64,000 nucleotides of DNA from Ylistrum balloti (Eukaryota), in contig NW_026782296.1 of assembly GCF_031769215.1 (NCBI RefSeq), positions 310,001 through 374,000 of the forward strand, given 5' to 3'. This document shows positions 1 through 12,771 of the stretch, one piece after another. The notes below the pieces were generated by a model. The model was given only the letters and a program-made list of their open reading frames with translations, ran no database searches and was not told where the DNA came from. The position numbers and the translations under genes are program-made. Each line of letters starts with the position of its first letter. Position 1 is the first letter of the stretch.

Positions 1-33
1 CAGGTGACCGTTAAGACATATGTGCCTCTTGTT
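1..33 (-). mobile_element. 5' end of a HINE-like (non-autonomous Helentron-type) element running out of the window
   Basis: Reverse complement reads AACAAGAGGCACATATGTCTTAACGGTCACCTG. It has the same AACAAGAG-type start as the element at 39461. Confidence 0.45.
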
Positions 34-2880
34 ATCTATTAAATATTCTAATAAAAGAAATTTCCAACCAAATCCCATTTTTGGCCATGTAACCTTGACC
101 CTGACCATGTTGGCTGATTTCTCACTTGTTTTACTAGTATACCACTGAATCCCAATTTCGCTTGTTTAACAACCAGATTACTCCATTTTCCCTCCCTTTT
201 CTGTCTTCCATCTGGCTCTGGTATTGCGCTCTATTTCGAGTTTCTTCCCCGATAGTTCAGGCTCCATCATAGCTCTGTCTGCCTTGGGCTACTCAGTTTA
301 ATAAATGCGTTTCAATTCAATTTCTATCCTGTACACAGGAACATTTCGCCGCAATTTTAACCTTTTCATCCTTTCTTCAAAAGTGCGAAAGAAAATGGGT
401 GAATATTGATTTTTTAAACTGATATCTTTACGTTTTCAACATTAAGCGAAATTGAACAGGTTTATGCGGGTGCGACAAAGAAACTGTGAAGTCGTCTGTT
501 GATGTTATCTGAATCGTGACCATTTCTGTAACTGTAACAGTTATTGTAATATGTATCTTCGATTCTCAAATACGAGCACGAGAGTCGGAACTTCAATTAA
601 TTTTGGATATTAATAGTGACTGTTCTTGTGTCATGCATACCGATTTGAAGCTTAACAGGCGTATTTCTCCCTATCAACGCCACTTGGTATAAATGTTGAC
701 TACACAAGTCATACCTTGGCTACATTTTCGCACTCATTTCAGACAGTCAGTGATTAGTAGAATGAAATAGTTTCTCTATTCAAAACTATTTATGTAAAGT
801 CAACCACATCCTTTGCACGCTCGAGTTTCATCAAATACAAAACAGACAACATTTAGGTTTGAATATCCTTTACTGGTTGTGAAGGTCCGACTTTTCTGGG
901 GTCCATAACTGGAGGGTATCTGGACAGGATCAGATTAGGGACTGTAACAAAATGAGGTCCATTACCAAATGGCTTGTCAAATATGTCGGCTCGTTAAATA
1001 TTGTTTTGCTAAAGAACAGCACAGTGATATTGTTCAACTGCAATTTATGTAAAGGTGTATGCTACCCGTAATTAATTTATAATTTAAAAAGATAATGTAG
1101 TTTTAAGAATAGATTGGTGCCGTTTTCTATATTATCAAAGATTTCACATATTTGGCCAGATTTGTGAATACCAGTAGCTGGACCGCTGAATGGGGTGGCT
1201 GAATGGCGAAACTAATCTATTAAATGATAACACTTCAGCTATCACGGACTATAAACCGCCAGACTTACCTATCCCAGTGGCGGGACCCCCGGGTGGGGTA
1301 TGACTGAATCGTGAAGCTTTCTGGGCCTGGACCTCGGGTAAGAGGCTTGGGTTTCGATAGCTAATTCGGGAGGTGGTAGTCTCTGTATACACGACGGCGG
1401 GGGCCTTGCCTACGTCATAAAAACGGTGTCATGTATAATACGACATTTAGTAGCAATACTAAGCAAATGTCACCTGCATACAAATTGTTCTTTCTCAACC
1501 TCTAAAAGGCGAGACTTATATAGACCTGCCTCGATTTAATCAGAGTTTTAATTAGTAAAGACGGGAACATTTAGGACTGTGTACATTGCAATGCAAATTT
1601 CTGTGTTATTTTACGTCTAGTTGTTGTCTTGTTCGAGCTTTCCTCGTATAACTAATAGCGAAACCAAAACCCATCTGTTCGGCTAAACTACTGAAATGGT
1701 TGTGGATAAATCTATTAATTGGCAAGACGTTATGGCGGTTCAAATTCAGAAGCAGTCTCCTGTGTTTCCGACGATGACGGACAAATCCTGAAAGAACCAG
1801 GACTTGTTACAGTCTATGCCTTCAATTTTAATTCTAACACAATTTGATTTTTTTTTTCAAAGTGCGTTGTTGACTTGGTCCAGTTTTTGAGGTGAATTGG
1901 AAAAAATGCATTGAGCTTGTCCCAATAAAGCGTTTTAATCGTTTTTTTTTTTAAATTCAAAGTGCGTAATTTTCTCGAAAATGGTTGTAAATTCATTCCT
2001 TTAATGTTTATATTTACCTATTTCGTTGACGTGCCGTATGAAGGGTCCACAGCTGAAGTTTACCCACCCTGGAACAAGTCATAATTTCACCGGTTAAGCC
2101 AAAATCAGTAACACTATTGTCGCAAAGTCACCTGGTTGTGTTAGATCAACCAGATATTGGTCATATCAAGACCGGCTTAGATAATTTATAAAATGCTTCA
2201 TCTGTAATTTCTATTTTTAAGGGTTATTTTTTTTATCTAATGTAGACAAATGGTCAAACGTAACATCAAATTATATAAATACATGTGTGATAATTATACA
2301 AGAAAATTGGTTGCTAACAGAAAATTATCCAGTTTATGCAGTATAAAGTTGGTCTATAAAGGTCCTGTTATATGTATGTGGATTGTAATACAGGCCTAGT
2401 CGAAACTAGTTGAAATAATGTCAGAAGGTCTGGGCTTATTTCATAAACGAACACTGATAAAATTGTCAACGTCACTTTGATATTTAGTTACCTCGTATTA
2501 AACAGGCACTTCCGGCCTTGTTGTGTGAATATCCATATCATCTCAATTTTCCAACATTATGTTGTTAAAAAAAATTAACGACAAATCAGTTTACAATATT
2601 CGTTGGAAGAAGTTCCCGAAACAAAAGAACTACTGCTGTTGATCGCATGGTACAAATCCCCAACAGAATCTGTAGATGCATATCATAAGTACTGACCGTG
2701 ATTGATGTATTGAGGTATAAAAATGGAGGGTACATACTTAAGTGATCTGCCATGGCGGGTATCCTCTTTGCTATCTTGTTGAAGTCGGGATGCCAAATGC
2801 CATACGACTGGGAAAAAACATCACAACAGCATTCATATTACTGTATAGACCTTACATCACACCTCAAACTCTCTTAATCT

Positions 2881-4140
2881 GATGATAATTACAGAGCTTA
2901 ATATGGTGATAACTACAGAGCCTTATATGGTGATAACTACAGAGCTTAATGTGATGATAATTACAAAGCTTAATATGGTGATAACTACAGAACCTTGTAT
3001 GGTGATAACAAGAGTTTAATGTGATGGTAATTACAGAGATCATTTCAGAGCTTAATATGGTGATAACTACAGAGCCTTATATGGTGATAACAAGAGCTAA
3101 ATGTGATAATTACAGAGCTTAATATGGTTATAACTACAGAGCTTGATGTGATGATAATTACAGAGCTTAATATGGTGATAACTACAGAACCTTGTATGGT
3201 GATAACAAGAGCTTAATGTGATGGTAATTACAGAGCTTAATATGGTTATAACTACAGAGCTTAATATGGTTATAACTACAGAGCTTGATGTGATGATAAT
3301 TACAGAGCTTAATATGGTTATAACTACAGAGCTTGATGTGATGATAATTACAGAGCTTAATATGGTGATAGCTACAGAAACTTGTATGGTGATAACAAGA
3401 GCTTAATGTGATGATAATTACAGAAATCATTTCAGAGCTTAATATGTTGATAACTACAGAGCTTAATATGTTGATAACTACAGAGCTTAATGTGATGATA
3501 ATTACAGAGCTTAATGTGATGATAATTACAGAGCTTAATATGTTGATAACTACAGAGCTTAATGTGATGATAATTACAGAGCTTAATATGTTGATAACTA
3601 CAGAGCTTAATGTGATAATTACAGAACTTAATGTGATGATAATTACAGAGCTTAATGTGATAATTACAAAGCTTAATGTGATGATAATTACAGAGCTTAA
3701 TGTGATAATTACAAAGCTTAATGTGATGATAATTACAGAGCTTAATGTGATGATAATTACAGAGCTTAATATGTTGATAACTACAGAGCTTAATGTGATG
3801 ATAATTACAGAGCTTAATGTGATGATAATTACAGAGCTTAATATGTTGATAACTACAGAGCTTAATGTGATGATAATTACAGAGCTTAATATGTTGATAA
3901 CTACATAGCTTAATGTGATAATTACAGAACTTAATGTGATGATAATTACAGAGCTTAATGTGATAATTACAAAGCTTAATGTGATGATAATTACAGAGCT
4001 TAATGTGATAATTACAAAGCTTAATGTGATGATAATTACAGAGCTTAATGTGATGATAATTACAGAGCTTAATATGGTGGTAAATACAGAGCTTTACGCG
4101 ATGATAATTACAGTGCGCAATATGGTGATAATAACAGGGC
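2881..4140. repeat. Minisatellite, 21-bp unit with 18-bp variants
   Basis: Repeats of (A/G)ATAA(T/C)TACAGAGCTTAAT(G/A)TG(A/G)TG. It explains the repetitive ORFs at 3182-4157. Confidence 0.97.
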
Positions 4141-4614
4141 ATGGGAGTATTTCCTAATCGATTTAATTAAATAAATAAAGCTGGCCAAGAAAAGCAATTT
4201 TCGAAAAGGGATACGTGTTACAACTAACATACCGCACGGGTACCATGAACAAGTCACCACCATCGAAAACCACTGATAGGACTTCAGGGTATTGTACATA
4301 AAGGAATAAGATATCACATACACGTGTATGAAATGACGTAGGCAGCATTAAGCGGCGCTTCTTTATGAAATTGTAGAGGAATAGATGTTACTTTTTAACT
4401 AACCGGCTTTTCCTGACTAATGAGTTGGTATCTCAGGCCCGGGGGGTGAGGGTTGGCTACACGTGTAGGAGACAGGATTCTGGGGAGGTACCGTGGTTTA
4501 GTTGTCTCGAAACCACTATAATCAGACAGGGTTGTGGTGCGTGGTTTTCGCGTTCGCTTCGTGAAGACATTTGCCATTATCTCACAGCTATATATCACTA
4601 GTGTATCAATATAC

Positions 4615-4836
4615 AAATCCCTTGTTTCCTAGGATTGTCTCAAAAGTCCGAGCCCAGCACGATATACCTCACATCCAGCGAGTTACATAAATCCCTTGTT
4701 TCCTAGGATTGTCTCAAAAGTCCCAGCCCAGCACCATATACCTCACATCCAGCGAGTTACATAAATCCCTTGTTTCCTAGGATTGTCTCAAAAGTACCAG
4801 CCCAGCACGATATACCTCACAGCCAGCGAGTTACAT
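4615..4836. repeat. Tandem repeat, 3 x 74 bp
   Basis: AAATCCCTTGTTTCCTAGGATTGTCTCAAAAGT...GCGAGTTACAT starts at 4615, 4689 and 4763. Confidence 0.95.
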
Positions 4837-5323
4837 CATTACTCGTATATTAAAATGTAGCTATGAACAGTGTTGAGCTACAGTAACTATGATATGACGC
4901 AAAAATTGTGTGACGTCATAAACAGTATCGTAGTGTGACGTCACATTTTCCAACAACATGAAACTAGTTTGTACAAAAGACTCACAATATATTATCCCCT
5001 TTCAATACAAATTTTAACATTATTAAGCCCCATCCTACAGCTGTTTCGTCCTTTTGGGACACGTTAGTGCTGCTAAAGTTTGTGTTAAATGCTAGGTGAT
5101 ATCGATCGGAGGCATTCCGTTATGGCGATTAATAATACATTAAGCAGTGAAATAACATAAGTATAGACATGTTACTTGTTAGACTATATTTTACGATCAA
5201 AATACACAACACAGCCCGAGGTGACTATTCTAGGTTCAATGCTAATTGAACATACCCGTTGTTTATTCCACTTGCCCTTACTTGAAGCGATGTCCTAAAT
5301 GAAATACAGCTCAGGTTATTATA

Positions 5324-5631
5324 GTGGGAATATATACACGTACAACAGGTAAGTACAACTGCTACAGGTATAACGGCTGTAATTACAGTTCTTTATGGAT
5401 TAAGACAGACAATCTTTACAGTCAACAGGGTCACAGTGAGAGTCGCCGATGTGTGTCCGGGCTTGAAAGTTCTATTAGAATTTCACCAGTAGCTAAGGAA
5501 TTAAATCCTAAACCGCGCATGCGTGCTGTTTTACGTTGCCACATGGTATTAAGATTGACCCTCGGGTATAGTATCAGAAAAAAAGTATTAGCGGTGTTTT
5601 TCACCCAATCTGTCCGGTTCATCTGAATCAG
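5324..5631 (+). other. Possible non-coding 5' exon of the NmrA-like gene
   Basis: A CpG-containing stretch ends in a strong donor, AATCAG|GTAAGT, at 5631. The NmrA ATG exon starts at an acceptor (9298), so an upstream exon is needed. The link and the exon start are inference. Confidence 0.3.
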
Positions 5632-7340
5632 GTAAGTTACGTTTTTTAAATGTTCACTTTTAACTAATTTAAGACTTTATTGATTACGATATACAATAAT
5701 ATCTATTCTTTTTTTATTAATCTAATATTGAAGGTGGTAGATATTAGCTGTCAACACTGTGTCACATTATCTCCCGACAGAAGTCTTATTTGCGTTTCAG
5801 TAACTAGTTTGAAACAAACATAATTTGTTCATGCTATTTGCGTTTAATCTGCATTCACGTTCGTTACGCCAAAACCTCTATAGTCTGTGACTTTGCATTT
5901 ACTACGTTCTGATTTTCATAATACGTTGTTCACACTAACTACTTAATTCCCACGTTTGATAATTTATAAATATATTTTTTACAATGAAATATGTCATTCA
6001 GGTCAAGCCATGTATGAACAAGGCAACACATTAACACCATTGCACTTCAACAGATAGAATTAGTATACAATCTTATCGTCCGGACTTCGATACAGATCAG
6101 CGATCTCACATAGATATGTAGGTAAATATACTATATATATTGGATCTTTCACGTCCATTCATGACCACAGAGGTCCTGGCACAGCTCTTCAGTGTTAATA
6201 CACGAATTTTCCTCAACAAGGGTAAAAGAAATGAATTTATAATTAAATTAAGTTTCAGAATTGAGTTGCATAGTGTGACTTGAATGGACAGGAAACATAG
6301 AAAGATGACTCGAACAAGGGACATGGGGAAGTTTGGAAAGTGAGCAACCTTACCAAGTACGATATAGGGAGTCAGACGCAATCAACTCACTGTTATGTGT
6401 TGGAGAGGGTTGGATTACAGATGATGTGGGGGTGAGGTTTGGGGGGATGGGGTGGGGGGCAATGACTTCAGTACATAAGTTTAAGAAAACTCCCGGCATA
6501 TTCAGTAATCACTGACGAAATATCTACATGAGACTATAAAACACCCAACCCTGGAGTTTAGAAAGGAAATCTTAATGTTACTGACGGAAACCTCAACATA
6601 AGGTCATTAAACGTCCAGAGGTTTTTGTTAAAGAAACCTTTACAAACTCTCTGATCGCTGATGTTTGGTTTAGAGTCAACAGATTTTAACCCCGCCCTCA
6701 TTACATACAGTCATTGTCCAACTGTAACCGATGGTAAATGATAGAAATTAAAATTGATGGAAACACTAACAGTGGTAGGTTTGTCACAAACTACAGGAAA
6801 CCATTGATTTATAGTATCAAACTAATGGACCTGACAGGGGGTGTATGACCGATCCCGGGTATCACAGAGACACTCCGGAATTCAACGCCTCCACATTTAT
6901 CTCTGTAAGACAAATATTGATCCATAAATTGGCACTTTGATAAGACCTCCTAATGCTATCCCCAGTTCTACACATAAATCTTCAGATCTATGATATTTAC
7001 TGAACAAATCCGATCAGACACGATCAAATAATAGGCCTATTATAAGATGTACTATTTAAATAGAATATAAGTTTTCGTTTTTATATTTTGGTTTTGAGTT
7101 GTGAAGGAACACTTCAGGAGCGCTTCTGTTATTGAAAAGGAAATGAGTGTATACAAAACCTGAAATCGATCTCCTTTTGTCGGGGTCATGTTAAACTATA
7201 ACGACAGATACGCCAAGTTGTAGATGGCCTTTCTAATTGTAAAACGATTGATTATCAATGAGTTCCCTGTCAGTGGTGGTATGAGTAACTACAGCCTATC
7301 AATTACACAATTACAGGGGGAAATCAACCAGTATCATTTA

Positions 7341-7870
7341 CAATTACGTGTAAATACATCCGTTATATCACTTACAGTTAGGTGTAAATACATCCGTTAT
7401 ATCACTTACAATTACGTGTAAATACACCCGTTATATCAATTACGTGTAAATACATCTGTTATGTCACTTACGAGTAAATACACCCCTTTTATCACTTATG
7501 TTTAAATACATCACTTACGTGTAAATACACCTGTTATGTCACTTACGTGTAAATACACCCGTTATATCATTTACGTTTAAATACACCCGTTATATCACTT
7601 ACGTTTAAATACACCACTTACGTGTAAATACACCCGTTATACCACTTACGTGTAAATACACCCGTTATATCACTTACATGTAAATACACCCGTTATATCA
7701 CTTACGTGTAAATACACCCGTTATATCACTTACACGTAAATACACCCGTTATATCACATACAATTACGTGTAAATACACCCGTTATATCACTTACGTGTA
7801 AATACACCCGTTATATCACGTACGTGTAAATACACCCGTTATATCACTTACAATTACGTATAAATACAGA
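7341..7870. repeat. Minisatellite, about 28-bp unit
   Basis: Unit ACGTGTAAATACACCCGTTATATCACTT; period 28 between 7681 and 7709, with deletion variants. Confidence 0.95.
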
Positions 7871-9302
7871 CGTTAAATATCAATGTTAGGGACCAAGAGG
7901 GTTGATTCCTAGACAAATAAAATTGGTCTTGGTAAATGTCAAAATATAGAAGGGGGTTGCACAAACTCTATCATATAATGAATTTCATAATTACAAGTGC
8001 ATGTGTATATTCCCAATCGTGGCACTATCTAAATAAACGAAAACGTGACATGCAGGATTACGATAAATCTCGGGGACTGATCTAATTTTAAACAGAATAC
8101 ATTAATGTGACACAGATAAAAAGACACAAATTAATTATATAAACAGATAAATGTACAGGTCACTTAGTCAACATCGGTTAAGACGTAACATTTTCGTGAA
8201 GCCACTAAAATCGAGAGAGTATACTAATGCGATTTGAACAAGCATACCAATCAGCTTAAATAGCCTTTAAATGGCCATAACACGACCGGACCACTGCCAG
8301 TTACTGTACCTATTATCAGCATGTTAATTTAGTCAATGACTTCACACTAGAATTATGTTAACAGTTTAAAATTATTTCCGTGAAGCTAAATTTGCCTGCA
8401 AGTATAGAGTAATATTTAAAAGGTAGCTGAGGTAAATTGTAATATTTTGTTTCGTTCATTGGTTGCAGTCTGCATGCAATACGACACTAGCTGGCTTTTC
8501 CAGCAAGCGCCGAACATCGAGCTACAGAGAGGAATAATTTACTCAATATTCCAAAGACAATGCCAATCAAGTCAAAACGTAAACGTGATAGCGTTTTGAT
8601 TTTTGGGATTGGTGTCCTTTCTGAAGCTGGAATCATGTGAAGAATTTGTCTACATTAAAATCAAAACCTGGATAGGGTAGTTTATCACTCCAACTGGTCA
8701 CAATACCATATCCACGTACCAGTCCGTCCTTGGTGTCGTGTCAACCCGAGAGCATTAAGTAAAACCAACAGTCTTCGTTAGGGCGAACAATCAGTTCAAA
8801 GACCAAAAGCCTTGGTAGTTTTGTGATTGGGCTATGTATTTCATGCAATCCTGTATTCAAATATCATGACGGTACTTTTTTTTTTTTTTAAAAATTTAAA
8901 ACACACAATAACAAATACCGTACGTGGATTGGAAGGACAAAATAATCACAGCTTTCTTTGTAATGAAATAACTACACAATCTCGGGAACGCTGATTGTTT
9001 GAAGTAAGGAAACACTATATTTCAGTATATTACACGGGAAGCTTGCCTTCAACAACATCATAAATGTAGTTTCTGTTTACATAAATAGTATTGTAGGGAA
9101 TTGGGTAGTCTTCAGTATGCCTCAACATTCCAAGATTTCATGTCTCCTACCGGGGAAGTATGGAAAGTATATGGCTTCCGTCCTTACGTCATTTTGGTGT
9201 TGAACAAATTGATAGTTCGAGGCACCAGAGTTTTGATTCTCTTTGAAAATATTTCTTTATTACATGTCTTAAAATATGTGCCCATATGTATGTTTCAGAA
9301 CC

Positions 9303-11518
9303 ATGTCGAAAGTGTATGTGGTATTAGGAGTGGACACTGCAGTTGGTGCTGCAGTTGCTTTCCATCTTGCCAAAAAGGCAACAGTAAAAGGTGTCCCACT
9401 TGGCAGCGCTAGAGGGAAAGGGGAGGTTGACCCTCCTCCAGGTGTGGAAGTAATTCGCTGTGATAATCAAAGTGTCAAGACCGTGGAATATGTCTTGAAA
9501 GGATGTGATGGATGTTTTATATTCACAATGTCGGACTTCCGTAACGATCGAAGCTTCATGGTAAATGAGTTGGCGTACGGAAGGACAATAGCGGAAGCAT
9601 GTAGAAAGGCGCGAGTGCCTCACGCAATTTACTGTACCGAGCCACACACGACCGACATCCAGGGGATTGGAGCACGCCACATGGTTGCTAAGGCCGAGAT
9701 TGAACAATGTATATGTGTTAACGATGTGCCGCTCACTCTACTGACCCTTCCCCGCAGATACGAGGATATCATTGACTACATGGCACCCAGGAAGGTCGGA
9801 CAGGATTTCGACTTCGGTACGACTTATTACACGAAACATCACTATTGCTCGAATAGCGATATTTCCTGTATCTGAATTTATACGTTACAGATTCACAGAT
9901 ACGGACGGCTAACGGGACGGAAAAATATACCAGTCTATAGTTGTATGATGGGACTTTTCTGACCAGTTTCTTTCAAAATCTAGCGAGAAACGAAGAGACG
10001 TAAGACTGTTCCACTTATTCAGGGTTAACCAAAACACATATTAATTAAGTACCCTGGTGAATAATGAGCTACATGATTTGTTAATTTTTAATGGTATTAT
10101 TCTACTTTTCGTGATAATGGCATGCAGTTAATAAGAGAATCGAGGCAATGAAATACATATCTCATTAGTTTGACACCAAAACACCGCAGTATCGTTAAGT
10201 GATATAATTTTGATATGTTCAACATTCCAGAGCTACCTTTGGACACAGACATTCCCCTGAATATGATCAGTGCCGAGGACTTGGGACCGATCGTGGAAAA
10301 AATCTTCGATAACAGAGCAATGTTCACGGACAAACGAGTCAACCCTGGCCCTATCAGTCTGTGTGGCAGCAAGGTGTCGCGCCAAACCTTTGCTCAGTGT
10401 CTTTCCTACAACTTACAGCCTCTGCAGTTTTTTGATAAACCAGTAAGTCACAAACACTTTTACCAACAAGTGTAGCCAACAGTATGTCTCCGTACTCAAA
10501 CTTTAGTTGCCTACTGGATAGGATTGCAAAGAATTTGATTTTTTTTTACCTTTCCCGAGTTTTCACTGACTCATGCATTAGACCGTAAATATTTTTTTAA
10601 AAAATACCACAAGTCTGATGTAGGAGTTAAAGGAAAGCATATGATTCACACTTGGAGTTCGACTCGTAGAACATCAAATGCTTGAGAAGTTCAATGCCTA
10701 AAATAATTCAAAAGCTGTTGTATGTCAGTTATGGTTTTCAAGACTATTTAATTTCTGTAAACTTCACAAGCGATGCTATAGTGGGTTCCATATGCGGTTA
10801 CCAGAGACATGGTGTGGCTCTGGAAATTCCAATTTACCATACAGTATATGCTTATACCATTGGGAGACTTAAATGTTGTCTTTGTCCTGAAAAAATCGTG
10901 TCGCGAAAATGTCTCTGTCGTCATAGATAGGACAGTTTTATCATGTTTATTTTGTGATATAACAATGTCCAGTAACAACACAATTCATCGGATTCCAAAC
11001 GTTTATAAAATGGCCTCGAATCAAACTTATACAGGGATTCTATCTTCAGAACGCATTAATAATCAGAATAGCATATCAGGTCTGGTGTTTAAATACTTTG
11101 ATTACGATAAACTACATTGTATATGTCAAAATGAAGCATATCTTTTCTTTATCGTCTAGGAAAAATGATACCAGTTATATTTGTTTATAATGTTAACAAC
11201 ATGAGATTAACATTTGATTCACATTGAAAAAAAAGTCATTTCTATCATTATTTATTGTAGATGACCCATACAAAATACCGTGATTGCTCTTTTAACGAAC
11301 CATGGAAGGATGACTACGCAAACATGTTCTTGTTCCTGATGCGCACACGTTGGGACCATATGTACAGCGACAAAAAAACACGAGAATTAAACCCGGACAC
11401 GAAGTACTTCGAAGAATGGATACAAGCAAATGCCCAGGCACTTTATACCGCATACACCGAGGTGAAACCTGAAGACCGACTACGCTGGTGGTTCAACAAG
11501 CTCTACAGCAGGTCATAA
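9303..11518 (+). CDS. NmrA-like family (HSCARG/NMRAL1-type atypical SDR) protein, about 327 aa, 3 coding exons
   Basis: Exons 9303-9816 (phase 1), 10231-10442 (phase 0) and 11261-11518 give 984 nt in frame, all GT-AG. Motifs: N-terminal VYVVLG Rossmann strand, LKGCDGCFIFT, ELAYGRTIAEACRKARVPHAIY, H..AKAEIE, LNMISAEDLG and ANMF. Confidence 0.85.
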
Positions 11519-12771
11519 CGTTCCAACTGAACCCAAACATAAGCACTATATGTGATTAGGACAAGGCCGAACTGAAGAAAGTTTCTTGATAATTACTTTC
11601 TAGGAAAACATTACCATAAGGGAGTGACCTAACATTTTCATGAAACAAAGCTATAAGTGTGAAAAAATCCAGTGAATGAAACAGAATGATCTGTAGCAAA
11701 CTAAACAGTCGTAACTTAACATCACCAAAACCTGGTTATGACAATAGTGACAGTTTCATCGTGAATTCCTGCCATTGCTGTGTATCTTCTCTAAGGAGTG
11801 TCCTCAGGGATTAGACAGTTCTCCGAGCAGCATATCCACGCGTACAGATTTTGGATAATATATGTTTTCGATGACATCACCTATGTTGTACTATTGTGTT
11901 GATCTTTCATTTACATGGTAATTGGTTTTTATTATATATTAATGTATTATTTGTACTGTGTAGTAGGTTTATGTTCGAGTACACTTTAGTCTTATGTCAT
12001 GTACGGTTAACGTACAAATTTATACATGGTGGTAATTCACACTTCAAACAATGTAATTCTAAAACGTTGTACTTTTATCTCATTCATAAAACAGAAACAT
12101 GCAACCAATGAAGTTTATCCTTTTTACTGCTGATTTGATACTCTGTCAGTCAGCAGTATTACAGTAGCAATATTAAACAGGATAGGACGTTAACAGTAGG
12201 TTTTATCCAACCTATCAACTGCTAACTCCCTCCACCTGAAGTTTGGTTATCAATTTTTCATAACTTACAGCCATCATTTCCTGAAAATGTTGTATAATGT
12301 TTCCCTCAACAGACATTTTGTTTCTGTCCAGGTTTTTTTTGTGTGTTTTTTTTTACAATTGTACAATTTGTGTTTAGTTTTATCAAACATCTTTCCTATA
12401 GGTATTGCTGATGATATATTGTTATAGCAAGAATAAATATTTAATCATAATTAATATATGCTATGCTGTTGTTGGTTATGCTTTGTGTTATTGATAATGA
12501 AAATTTCATTCACAAGGGATACATATTTTGTACGTTACTTATCTTACATATAGCCCTCGCAAGTATCACGAAGGAAAATTTCTACAGAAAATAAAAATAA
12601 AAAAAAGCAGACATACCTATCTCAATTATGAAAATCATAACAATTGAAAACAATTCAGATGTGACAAAATGATAAAATAATCTTTCACAATTGTTTGATT
12701 TCATTTTGCATCCAAAATGCTAATGTAGAATCACCTCGAAACATGTGGTGGGGTACCCAGTTTACATTACT

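Noticed and set aside
178-270. 30-aa minus-strand ORF (MMEPELSGKKLEIERN...)
   Set aside because: It is short and has no recognisable homology. It could be a first exon or uORF of a gene outside the window but cannot be supported.
3182-4157. Repetitive ORFs (MIITELN / YHHIKLC)
   Set aside because: They are by-products of the 21/18-bp array, open on both strands, with no splice context or unique domain.
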